A stretch of DNA of 64,000 nt from positions 16,211 to 80,210 of the forward strand of contig JAWSUM010000002.1 in the NCBI GenBank assembly GCA_033549165.1, written 5' to 3'. The notes below the pieces were generated by a model. That model worked only from the letters and a program-made list of their open reading frames with translations. It was not told where the DNA came from and ran no database searches. Each line of letters opens with the position of its first letter. The stretch's first letter is position 1. Source of the stretch: Methanolobus sp. GTDB lineage: Archaea > Halobacteriota > Methanosarcinia > Methanosarcinales > Methanosarcinaceae. Shown here in pieces: positions 38,220-47,828 of this stretch. Both the position numbers and the translations under genes were made by a program.

Positions 38220-39434
38220 TTATTCTTTTCTCAATGCTTCAACCGGGTCCATATTTGCCGCCTTGTTGGCAGGATAGACACCTGCGATCAGCCCAACAGC
38301 GACGGCCACTACAAATCCGAGGATAATTTGTTCGACCGGGAAGATGTTAGGCAGATCCAGATAGCTATTAACAACAAGGGCTGCCGCTATACCCATTGCA
38401 GTTCCAAGTACGCCACCTATCAGACCAACTATCATAGACTCGATAATGAACAACGCCAGGACGTCGTTCTTAGTGTAACCCAGAGCCTTGAGCAGGCCTA
38501 TCTCCTTTGTCCTTTCCGCAACCGTGACCAGCATTATGTTCATTATACCAATGGAACCGACTATAAGCGAGATCAATGCAACCGATGTCAGAAGAGCTGT
38601 AAGTGCAGTAGAGAGCTGGTTCGTCTGATCAAGGATCTCAATCTGGTCAAAGACGGTATATGGTTTTGCATCGGGATTATCAAGATCTCTTGCAGAAACT
38701 CCGAGACTGCGCGCCAGACGTTCATCTATCTCGGTTCTGGTTGAATTGATAGCCTCAAAACTCTCGACCTTTATGAAAAAACCGCCATAATAATCCACAC
38801 CAAGGATCTCGTTCATCGTGTCGATAGGAATGAATGTACGTATCTCCGGTTCCACACCTGTCTGAGCAAAAGTAGTGTTGGGATTCTGCACTATGCCCTT
38901 GACTATGAACTTCCGGGTAACGACCCCTCCGTCCTCACGCCGGAAGGTTATCTCTATGGGATTATTCACCGATATCTTCCTCCCGAACTTATCGTAGGCT
39001 ACTTCCGAACCAAGTACCGCCATATATCTGTCGGTCTCTTCAAGGAAAGTACCTGCTTCCATTTTGAAGTTAGCGACCTCATCATAATCCGAATTCACTC
39101 CCTGGATGTCTATCTGCCGGGAAGTAGAGAGATACGTCACCTTTGCCATTTGCTGGTTTATAGGCGATACACCGGCAACTTCCGGAGTATTCTGTATAAG
39201 TTCAAGCTGTCTCCCGGAGAATACATTGTTATTCTGACTGTAAATGACAATGAAATTGGAGCCGACAGCCCCTATCTCATCATTGAAGAACTGGTTGAAA
39301 CTGGCTCCGAGAGATACGTTGGCAATCACTGCTGCAACCCCGATGATGATTCCAAGGGTAGTAAGGCTGGACCTGAGCTTTGAGCTGCCGATGCTTCCCA
39401 GAGATATACTGAGAGATTGCTTCAGGCTTAACAT
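38220..39434 (-). CDS. MacB/FtsX-type ABC permease
   Basis: Same motif set. Lies 8 bp upstream of the next permease. Confidence 0.93.
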   Translation of the reverse strand: MLSLKQSLSISLGSIGSSKLRSSLTTLGIIIGVAAVIANVSLGASFNQFFNDEIGAVGSNFIVIYSQNNNVFSGRQLELIQNTPEVAGVSPINQQMAKVTYLSTSRQIDIQGVNSDYDEVANFKMEAGTFLEETDRYMAVLGSEVAYDKFGRKISVNNPIEITFRREDGGVVTRKFIVKGIVQNPNTTFAQTGVEPEIRTFIPIDTMNEILGVDYYGGFFIKVESFEAINSTRTEIDERLARSLGVSARDLDNPDAKPYTVFDQIEILDQTNQLSTALTALLTSVALISLIVGSIGIMNIMLVTVAERTKEIGLLKALGYTKNDVLALFIIESMIVGLIGGVLGTAMGIAAALVVNSYLDLPNIFPVEQIILGFVVAVAVGLIAGVYPANKAANMDPVEALRKE

Positions 39435-39446
39435 TAAGTCAGCACC

Positions 39447-40688
39447 TTATTGTTTCCCCTTCCTGCGCCTATACCACATATATCCCACAACAGCTATTCC
39501 CAGCAGTACAACAATGCCAGCGACAATACCGAAAGTATTGCTCTCTTTAACCACAGTATTTCTTAGTTCGTGAACATCAGCTATTTCAGAATGGCTGTTC
39601 TGGCCGTTCCTGTAATTGGCAATTACGGTCATCTCTGTGGAATAATCAGTTGTTGCATTGCTTGCATTTGCGGTGAACTGTATTGTAAAGAGCTCGTCCG
39701 GGTCCATTGCACCTATGAAGTACGAAGTCGGGGAAAAATCCACGCCATCTGCCTGAGGTCGTATGCTAACGGATGAGAGCATATTGGGATGGGTGTTCGC
39801 CACATCGAATTCAAGGGTACCTCCACCATTTGTAATAGTTAGCTGTTGTGAGGGTATTACTGTGACTGCGGATGAATCAACCGTAATAGGGATTCGCCAG
39901 TTATTGTTATAGGCATGGGAGCTGCCTACAGTGGAAAAATCCAGATAGTAGGTCCCATCTTCCACTTCATCGCCGACCATTATGTTATAGGTCAGGTTCA
40001 GGGACTCGCCCGGCCCTATGACCCCGTTGCCGTAATAGGTATCAGTGGTCACGTCTATGCCATCTGCCCCCTCTAAGGATGCGGACTGTACCCGGGCGTT
40101 AGTGTCAAATTCCTCTCCATTGACCGTTACTGAATTACTGGTTGCGATGTTTGCTAATGTGATCTTTATAGTTCCACGGTTTCCGGGCATAAAGACCTCA
40201 GGTTCTAAAATAGGACTGCCCTGGAGCTGCACATTGCCTTTGCTATCAAAGGTTGTCGATCCGACGGTTATGTCGAACTCTTTCTTGTACCATGTCCCTT
40301 CTGTGTCTTCACGATACCATACCTCTATGGTATCTACCCCGTTTTTCGCATTGTCATCAACAAAAAGGCGATACTCTTCCACCGCTGCATTATCCGGTGT
40401 CAGTATTCCTATGTCCTTGACGGCATTGCCCGGGGAATCGAGGGAAAAAGGATAGTCAGGCACCATCATGACCTGAACGTCCTCAGCCTTTGCATAACCG
40501 AGATTCTCTATCTTGACCCACACGGTCACATACTCCCCTATCTGAGCAGGCACTGGCTCGTAACGCAATACAGATACCTGCAGGTCAGCCCCTTCTGCAG
40601 CAATGGCAGGCCCACATAATAAGAAAAGAATGGCTGCAAAGTAAACCACATATTTGCAGATCGTTCCTGGGTTTGATGAACTCAGCAT
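39447..40688 (-). CDS. COG1361 S-layer-domain surface protein
   Basis: Signal peptide ending AIA, YEPVPAQIGEY, clear paralog of 34895. C-terminal TM + RRRK. Confidence 0.85.
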   Translation of the reverse strand: MLSSSNPGTICKYVVYFAAILFLLCGPAIAAEGADLQVSVLRYEPVPAQIGEYVTVWVKIENLGYAKAEDVQVMMVPDYPFSLDSPGNAVKDIGILTPDNAAVEEYRLFVDDNAKNGVDTIEVWYREDTEGTWYKKEFDITVGSTTFDSKGNVQLQGSPILEPEVFMPGNRGTIKITLANIATSNSVTVNGEEFDTNARVQSASLEGADGIDVTTDTYYGNGVIGPGESLNLTYNIMVGDEVEDGTYYLDFSTVGSSHAYNNNWRIPITVDSSAVTVIPSQQLTITNGGGTLEFDVANTHPNMLSSVSIRPQADGVDFSPTSYFIGAMDPDELFTIQFTANASNATTDYSTEMTVIANYRNGQNSHSEIADVHELRNTVVKESNTFGIVAGIVVLLGIAVVGYMWYRRRKGKQ

Positions 40689-40698
40689 ATTTCCTCCT

Positions 40699-41403
40699 TC
40701 ATTCCGCACCGATCACTCCGTCTCTGAGGTGAACCACCCGGTCCGCATATCCCGTCAGCTCAGAATCGTGGGTGATCATGATTATTGTCCTTCCTTTTTT
40801 ATGCAGGTCGGTGAAAATGTTCATTATCTCATTGCCGGTCTTTGAATCAAGATTTCCTGTTGGCTCGTCAGCAAGGATTAGAGACGGGTCATTTATGAGC
40901 GACCGGGCTATTGCAACTCTCTGCTGCTGCCCTCCCGATAACTCAGTGGGCTTATAGCTGATGCGATCCTGCAGCCCTACCAGTTCGATGAGTTCCTTTG
41001 CCCTTTTACTGCCATCGATACCTTCCTTTTTGTTTGCATAGGTCGGCAGTTCAACATTCTGGAGAGCACTCAACCGGGGAACCAGATTAAATGTCTGAAA
41101 AACAAAACCGATCTCAAGACCACGCAACCTTGCGAGTTCTACTTCTGAAAGACTGTTAACATCCTTTCCCATCACAATGACCCGGCCGTGTGTAGGCCTG
41201 TCCAGACAACCGATCATGTTCATCAATGTACTTTTGCCTGAACCCGACGGGCCCATTATCGCAACGAACTCCCCTTTTTTCACAGACATATCTATGCTTT
41301 TCAGGATAGGGACTTCCATGTCACCTACCTGATAACTCTTGCAGAGATCTTTGAGTTCGATTACGGGTTCTCCTCTCTCTAAACTGTCGCGTGCTTCATC
41401 CAT
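40699..41403 (-). CDS. ABC ATPase (MacB/LolD type)
   Basis: Walker A/B, LSGGQQQR, H-loop. Close paralog of 36141. Confidence 0.95.
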   Translation of the reverse strand: MDEARDSLERGEPVIELKDLCKSYQVGDMEVPILKSIDMSVKKGEFVAIMGPSGSGKSTLMNMIGCLDRPTHGRVIVMGKDVNSLSEVELARLRGLEIGFVFQTFNLVPRLSALQNVELPTYANKKEGIDGSKRAKELIELVGLQDRISYKPTELSGGQQQRVAIARSLINDPSLILADEPTGNLDSKTGNEIMNIFTDLHKKGRTIIMITHDSELTGYADRVVHLRDGVIGAE

Positions 41404-41608
41404 GTTTAGCCCCTGACCAAAGGATGCAGACTAGAATCACTCCTGGAATTTGCTCATTTTCCAATAAAAGAAGAGATGGTTGAAATTATAAATACTTTAT
41501 TTGATTGAAGTTCACATAAAAAAATGTAGCCTGATGCAAAGGTATAAATATATTGGTTGTGAAAGGTTTGGCTATAAATCGACGAGTCTGAATATAGAAA
41601 CATAATAA

Positions 41609-42244
41609 TTGGAAGTGTCAGGAATGCTTGAAGTACTTACAGACCCGAATGGGTTTTTCAAAAGAAAAAGTAATGAAGATATTGAATTCAAAACACCACT
41701 TATGATCATTGCCATTCTAGCGATCGTAGGGGCCATTAGTGCTTTTGTAGTGACACAGGGCGTAATGGAAGTACTGCCAGAGGAAGCTGCTGCCTTTGCA
41801 GCGATCGGAGCAGCTTTCGGGGCAATTGCAGCCTTTATCATGACATTTATCATGTGGATTATATATACTGCAATTTTTTACCTGATCTCCATGATATTCC
41901 ATGGAGAAGGGAACTTTAAAAGAGTACTTGAATTCGTATCCTACGGATACATACCCACCATAGTAAGCTCCATAATCGGTACATATTTTACGAGCAGGAT
42001 CTATTCCAACATTGATTGGTCGATGGACCCGGAACTTCTTCAGGAAGCACTGTTATCTGATACTTCCCTGCAGATATCCGGAATCATAGGGATACTGTTT
42101 TTACTATGGAGTGCCAACATATGGATATTCGCACTGGTACATTCCAGGAACCTGTCGGTGAAAGACGCATCCATCACCGTGGGAGTACCGATCCTGCTCT
42201 ACATACTTTATACATTATACCAATTGAGATTATTCGGTGCATGA
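41609..42244 (+). CDS. Yip1-family membrane protein
   Basis: LTDPNGFF N-terminus, G.G.F..V....SYG.IP, five TM helices. Confidence 0.85.
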   Translation: MEVSGMLEVLTDPNGFFKRKSNEDIEFKTPLMIIAILAIVGAISAFVVTQGVMEVLPEEAAAFAAIGAAFGAIAAFIMTFIMWIIYTAIFYLISMIFHGEGNFKRVLEFVSYGYIPTIVSSIIGTYFTSRIYSNIDWSMDPELLQEALLSDTSLQISGIIGILFLLWSANIWIFALVHSRNLSVKDASITVGVPILLYILYTLYQLRLFGA

Positions 42245-43455
42245 ATTTGAAAACTACCTTAAAAACAATCATGGCAGCCTGCCTTATCCTGGCTGCCTGT
42301 TCCTCTTTTGCTCTTGCAGATACCGGGATCAGACCGACGGTCACAATAAGTTATACAATGGAACCTGAAGTGCTTATGCCCGGTGATACCGGAACTATAA
42401 CAATAACAATGCAAAAAAATGCATATATTGCCAATGCAGCAGTTGAGGGGAATGAGGTTATTGAAATACTTGGAGAAAGCTATACGGATGTAGGTCTTGT
42501 GGGACCTGGAGACGCGCTTGAGCTTACGTTCAACATTAAGGCCAAAGATGATGCACCGAATGGAGTTCATTTCCTTGACCTAGAAATTGCCGGTGGGAGT
42601 ACTGCGTATGACTTCAACTCCAGGATACCCGTAAAGGTCGATGACAGGGATCTCAAGCTTATTATATCAAACCTCCCGTCGACCCTGATGAACGAAGTAT
42701 CTTCCGTAAGCGTTGAAGTGGTGAACAGGCGAGCGAATGAAGTAACAAATGTCATCGTAAGTCCTGAGGGGGATGGGATGGTATTCAGCCCTTCCGAGAT
42801 ATTCATTGGCGCTATCCCGGCAGGGAATAAGTCCACAGCGACCTTTACCCTGAATACGATGAACTCCCAGATTCAGACAGGTAATGTTTCCTTCTCGGTG
42901 TCCTACTTCAACGGGGACAATTTCCACAATTCAGGAAAGGTAACAAGAGAAGTGGATATCATAGACCAGCATTCCCTTATTTTCACATCGATCGAGATGG
43001 AGAAGAGCGGAAATAAGTATACGTTCTCAGGAGACCTCAACAACTTTGGGACCACCGATGCAAAGAATGTCATCGTTTCTATCCCAAGATCAGACTCCAT
43101 TGTACCGGTCCAGCCATACGCGAAATACTTTATCGGAACGCTTGAGGCGGATGATTTCAGCAGTTTTGAACTTTCGGCACAGGTATTGTCCGGTGATGTT
43201 TCAAGTATTCCGGTATTGATAGAGTTCAGGGACCCCAATAATGCCTATATTTCCATGCAGGAGAGTATCGATGTGGACGGACAAGTCTCATTCGCAGGAA
43301 GCAGTGATGAGGAAAGTGGAACTCCTTTTGCACTCTGGGCAGTTGCCGGGATAGTTGCTGTTTCAATCGTGGGAGTTATAGGATATTCATGGAAGAAGCG
43401 CAGGGACGAGGCAAAAGCCGGACAAGAGGAAGATACTGAACTCTCCGAAAACTGA
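42241..43455 (+). CDS. COG1361 S-layer-domain surface protein
   Basis: The ATG overlaps the Yip1 stop (ATGA). Signal peptide, PEVLMPGD, FIGTLEADDFSSFEL, C-terminal TM + KKRR. Confidence 0.85.
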   Translation: MNLKTTLKTIMAACLILAACSSFALADTGIRPTVTISYTMEPEVLMPGDTGTITITMQKNAYIANAAVEGNEVIEILGESYTDVGLVGPGDALELTFNIKAKDDAPNGVHFLDLEIAGGSTAYDFNSRIPVKVDDRDLKLIISNLPSTLMNEVSSVSVEVVNRRANEVTNVIVSPEGDGMVFSPSEIFIGAIPAGNKSTATFTLNTMNSQIQTGNVSFSVSYFNGDNFHNSGKVTREVDIIDQHSLIFTSIEMEKSGNKYTFSGDLNNFGTTDAKNVIVSIPRSDSIVPVQPYAKYFIGTLEADDFSSFELSAQVLSGDVSSIPVLIEFRDPNNAYISMQESIDVDGQVSFAGSSDEESGTPFALWAVAGIVAVSIVGVIGYSWKKRRDEAKAGQEEDTELSEN

Positions 43456-43470
43456 TACGTCGGTGCTGAC

Positions 43471-44157
43471 ATGGCAAAACCCATCGTAGAACTCAGAGAT
43501 GTGACAAAGATCTACACCCTTGGAAAGAACAAGATATTTGCCCTGAACAAGGTAAACATATCCATCGAGAAGGGTGACTTTGTCACGATAATGGGCTCCT
43601 CAGGCTCCGGGAAGAGCACGCTTCTCAATATGGTCGGATGCCTTGACCTTCCCACAAGCGGGAAGGTGATGATCAATGGTACCGACATCTCCAGACTTGA
43701 TGATGACGGACTGACATCCATCAGAAGGAACAACATCGGTTTCATTTTTCAGCAATTCAACCTCATCCAGACTCTTACGGCCCTTGAGAACGTGGAAATG
43801 CCTATGATATTCAATGGCGCATCCCCTGAGAAACGCAGGAACAAGGCATTGGAACTTTTTAAAAAGGCACAGCTTCCGGCAGAGTATGACCAGCATAAGC
43901 CAAACGAAATGTCAGGAGGACAGCAGCAGAGGGTCGCCATTGCAAGGGCACTGGCAAATGATCCGCCCATACTGCTTGCCGATGAGCCCACAGGAAACCT
44001 TGATTCAAAGACAGGGCACAGTGTGATGGAACTGCTGCAGGAGCTGAACATGGCAGGAACTACTGTCATCGTGGTCACACACGACCCAAAGCTGGAAGAG
44101 TTCTCAAATACAACCATAAGACTGCAGGACGGGGTGGTATGTGATGAGAATTGCTGA
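43471..44157 (+). CDS. ABC ATPase (MacB/LolD type)
   Basis: GSSGSGKST, MSGGQQQR, LADEPTGNLD, VTHD. Confidence 0.95.
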   Translation: MAKPIVELRDVTKIYTLGKNKIFALNKVNISIEKGDFVTIMGSSGSGKSTLLNMVGCLDLPTSGKVMINGTDISRLDDDGLTSIRRNNIGFIFQQFNLIQTLTALENVEMPMIFNGASPEKRRNKALELFKKAQLPAEYDQHKPNEMSGGQQQRVAIARALANDPPILLADEPTGNLDSKTGHSVMELLQELNMAGTTVIVVTHDPKLEEFSNTTIRLQDGVVCDENC

Positions 44158-45307
44158 TCCCCTGAAGAACAATATGTATGCCGAGCTTGCCAAAAGGAAC
44201 CTCAAAAGGCAATCCATCAGAACGATACTGGCAGCCATAGGTATAATCATAGGTGTCATCGCCATATCCTCCATGGGAATACTGGGCAACACCATGAAAC
44301 TGTCTGTTACGGATTCTTTTGCCGACATCGGTGACAAGCTCATGGTATACCCTGCACCCGGAGAAGATTCCATCACCGATAAACAGATAGATCAGATCCT
44401 AAAGGTAGCCGGGATCGATAAGATAATCCCGCTCAGGTCAAGTGGCGAGAGGGTGGAGTACAAGAATGAGGATACCTTTGCTTCGATCTATGATATTGAA
44501 GAGGATGGGCTTGCCAGCCTTGCAGAACTGGAGGAAGGAAGGTACTTCAAACCAGGCTCAACGGACTGCGTGGTCGGTTCGACCGTAGCAGAGAACCTGG
44601 ACATTACCGTGGGCAGCAAGATAGTCATAGACGATTCGAAGCTGAGGGTAGTAGGCATCCTGAAGGAAAGGGGACTCGGCTTCGACATTGATACGGATAG
44701 CGGAATATTCACTTCATCGGAAATGTATGATAAACTCTACCCGGATGAAGAAGAAGGATATGGCTCTGCAATAATAACTGTCGACGACATCGATGAGCTT
44801 GATAGGGTTCAGGAAGATATCGAAGACAGGATCAATAAGAAAGATGATCTCATCATGATCTTTGCCACCAATATGATCTCCGAAAGTATCGATGGTGTCT
44901 TTGATGCGATATCCCTTTTCCTTATGGGCATCGGCTCGATATCCCTTCTGGTGGCAGGTGTAAGCATACTCAACGTTATGCTCATGTCCACCATGGAGCG
45001 CACAAAGGAGATAGGAGTGATGAAGGCAGTGGGAGCATCCAGAAGAGACATACTCAAGATGTTCCTGCTGGAAGCACTCTTCCTGGGAGTTGCAGCAAGC
45101 CTTATCGGCGGCTTATTGACCCTTGGAGGCAGCTATATGGTCATCTCTTTCATTATGGATGATGCTGCATACCTGCTGAAGTTCTCTAACATTGTATATA
45201 TTATGGAAGGAGTGTTCTTCGGGATTGGTACAAGCCTGCTCGGCGGCATGTATCCCGCATGGAAGGCTTCACGGATGAAACCACTGGATGCTCTAAGGCA
45301 TGAATGA
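44144..45307 (+). CDS. MacB/FtsX-type ABC permease
   Basis: RTILAAIGIIIGV.AI, SLLVAGVSILNVMLMS.MERTKEIG, YPAWKAS.MKPLDALR. Confidence 0.93.
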   Translation: MRIADPLKNNMYAELAKRNLKRQSIRTILAAIGIIIGVIAISSMGILGNTMKLSVTDSFADIGDKLMVYPAPGEDSITDKQIDQILKVAGIDKIIPLRSSGERVEYKNEDTFASIYDIEEDGLASLAELEEGRYFKPGSTDCVVGSTVAENLDITVGSKIVIDDSKLRVVGILKERGLGFDIDTDSGIFTSSEMYDKLYPDEEEGYGSAIITVDDIDELDRVQEDIEDRINKKDDLIMIFATNMISESIDGVFDAISLFLMGIGSISLLVAGVSILNVMLMSTMERTKEIGVMKAVGASRRDILKMFLLEALFLGVAASLIGGLLTLGGSYMVISFIMDDAAYLLKFSNIVYIMEGVFFGIGTSLLGGMYPAWKASRMKPLDALRHE

Positions 45308-45497
45308 GAATAAGAAGGATTTACTTCCAGGTTCACTTTCTGGAGGTTTCCTGCTTTTTCAATTTCTCCTCTTTATTGTAGGATAGATACCTGATCTTTA
45401 TCATTTAGCATGATTTGCGCTAAGTACTCCCCCTGAAGATGCATTGATATAAATACTATCACTGAATAAATTTGATTTAAATCACGGGAGCCTCAAA

Positions 45498-46622
45498 ATG
45501 CTTAGACTGCTGAAAATGCGATCCACATTTGTTTTACTTACCTGCTTCTTATTGATATTTGTGTTCACCGGCAACGCACTTGCACAGGAATGTCCTGAGG
45601 ATACCGGAGTAGGTGTTACCGATTTCTATTCAGACATCGAGAGTGGTGATCTGACGGTATACTCAGCAACCGGAATGGAAGGAATGGAAGTTGAGCTATC
45701 ACTGGAACACGAAGGTGATATGCTTGATGAGAAGACACTCAATATTAGAAGAGTAGCTCCCGGCTCAAATACTGTCAAGGTCTTCGAATGGGACACGGAC
45801 AGCAAAGATGATGGCAGATATACGGTAGAAGTCCGCATAATGAAGGATGATTGCCTGCTGTATACAAACAGTTACTCATTCGTGCATGGCAGACAGGTCA
45901 TTCCGAGGGTAAAGATAGATGACCTCATAGCCAACTCAGAAGGTTTCAGCCTGATGATAACCCCGGTACAGCCTGTTCTCGTTGATGCAACATACATGCT
46001 TGTGGACGGCTCCGACGTGATATATATGGACGAACAGGAAAGGATTGCCCTGAACACAATGCCACTTGAACTGAGTGAACAGTGGAACACATTGCTGACA
46101 AATGGCAAGGAATACAAAGGGCGAGTGAAAATAAGAATGTACACGCCACCCGATACTATTGCGACTATGCAGGAATTCACGGCAAAGGATGATGTTTTTA
46201 TAAGCGATACCTATCAGGATGAGATCGGTGCGAGTGCAACCATTGACGGCAGGTCACAGGTACCCTTCAAAGGTGCTGTGAGATTCACGGTTCTGAATGA
46301 CGATGACGGTGAGGATATTGTTGAGACAGTCATCCAGAATTCCCCGATACTCCTTAGCGGGGATGATGAGACCGTGGAAGCCATCTGGGAAGAAAGACTT
46401 CCCGAGGGCATATACAAGCTTATCATCGAAGTGATCGGTAACGACGGGGACATACTGGACGTTAGGGAAACCATTATTGAAGCCGAAGCTCCCCGCAACG
46501 TGACAAACACTACTAATGAAACCGAAAGTCCGACTAACCAGAGTCCCGGATTCATGGGGATACATTCCATCATAGTCCTTGTTGCAGCTATTTTCCTAAT
46601 CCGGCTGAAGAAAAAGTGGTAG
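45498..46622 (+). CDS. Secreted surface protein with PGF-CTERM-like sorting signal
   Basis: Signal peptide ending ALA; Thr/Asn-rich linker with four N-glycosylation sequons; SPGF + TM + KKK C-terminus. Confidence 0.75.
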   Translation: MLRLLKMRSTFVLLTCFLLIFVFTGNALAQECPEDTGVGVTDFYSDIESGDLTVYSATGMEGMEVELSLEHEGDMLDEKTLNIRRVAPGSNTVKVFEWDTDSKDDGRYTVEVRIMKDDCLLYTNSYSFVHGRQVIPRVKIDDLIANSEGFSLMITPVQPVLVDATYMLVDGSDVIYMDEQERIALNTMPLELSEQWNTLLTNGKEYKGRVKIRMYTPPDTIATMQEFTAKDDVFISDTYQDEIGASATIDGRSQVPFKGAVRFTVLNDDDGEDIVETVIQNSPILLSGDDETVEAIWEERLPEGIYKLIIEVIGNDGDILDVRETIIEAEAPRNVTNTTNETESPTNQSPGFMGIHSIIVLVAAIFLIRLKKKW

Positions 46623-46630
46623 GTGCACGG

Positions 46631-47803
46631 ATGCGTTACGAGCTGTTCATCGCGATCCGCCATATAGTAGCACGAAAACGCCAGACGATACTTTCAGTTG
46701 CGGCTATCGGGATAGCCGTCATGATCCTCCTGGTCTCACAGGCATTCATGGTCGGTTTCACTCAGGAACTGTATGACAAGACCGTAGCCAATCTGCCGCA
46801 TGTGGTAGTATCACCCCAGGAAGGGGACGATTATATCCACCTTTACCAGAACATTATCACCAAGATCAATGGCATCGATGGGGTCGTTGCATCATCCCCG
46901 TACCTTGTGGGGGAAGCGTCCTTCAATTTCAGGGATAACACTAAGAACGCGGCGCTCAAGGGAGTTGTTCCCCCAGAAGAAGATGCGGTTGCCCACATTC
47001 AACAGGATGTGATCATGGGCAGCTTTGAAGAACTTGCCTATTCCACAAATACTATCATGATAGGGGACGACCTTGCGGATGAGCTGGAACTTGAGTTAGG
47101 GGATTCGGTGGAAGTATCTTTCCCGAATGCAAATACGCTTTCCCTGAAAGTCATAGCGATCTTTGACACCGGAACTCCGGCAGATGAAAGCCTGACATAT
47201 ACATCCCTTGAGACCTCCCAGAGATTCTTTGACACGGGCAATGTCATCAACGGCATATCCCTGAGGCTGGAGGATTTCAATCAGGACCAGCAGGTGGCAT
47301 CCATTATACAGGCAGAAGGTTACGATGCAAGCGGCTGGACCGAGAACAACCCCGAGATATTGAGGACCCTGGCAATAGAGAGAACATCCAATAACGTTAC
47401 ATTGGGCTTTATCCTGCTGATCGCATCTTTCGGAGTGGTGAGTACGCTCAACATGGTAGTGATGGGAAAGATAAGGGAGATAGGCATCCTCATGGCAATG
47501 GGCGCCAACAGGTCCAATATCAGAATGATCTTTCTGATGGAAAGCGGCCTGTTAGGACTTGCAGGTGCTGTACTTGGCACAGTTGCAGGTATCATTATCG
47601 CACTTGCCATAGGCAACTATGAAGTTCCCCAGGGAGCATATGAAGGGACATTAGAGGGTATTTCGTTCATACCTGTCATAATAAGACCCCTGGACGTCCT
47701 CATCATAATAACTGCCGTTTTCCTGCTGAACCTGATAGCAGGGATCTACCCCGCCCAGCGTGCAGCCAGTTTTGACCCTGTGACGGCGATATCCGCGAAG
47801 TGA
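46631..47803 (+). CDS. LolC/E-like ABC permease
   Basis: YELFIAIRHI..RK, PHVVV, KIREIGILMAMGA, IYPAQRAA. Confidence 0.9.
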   Translation: MRYELFIAIRHIVARKRQTILSVAAIGIAVMILLVSQAFMVGFTQELYDKTVANLPHVVVSPQEGDDYIHLYQNIITKINGIDGVVASSPYLVGEASFNFRDNTKNAALKGVVPPEEDAVAHIQQDVIMGSFEELAYSTNTIMIGDDLADELELELGDSVEVSFPNANTLSLKVIAIFDTGTPADESLTYTSLETSQRFFDTGNVINGISLRLEDFNQDQQVASIIQAEGYDASGWTENNPEILRTLAIERTSNNVTLGFILLIASFGVVSTLNMVVMGKIREIGILMAMGANRSNIRMIFLMESGLLGLAGAVLGTVAGIIIALAIGNYEVPQGAYEGTLEGISFIPVIIRPLDVLIIITAVFLLNLIAGIYPAQRAASFDPVTAISAK

Positions 47804-47828
47804 AACTGGACTGAATTCAACTACGGCA

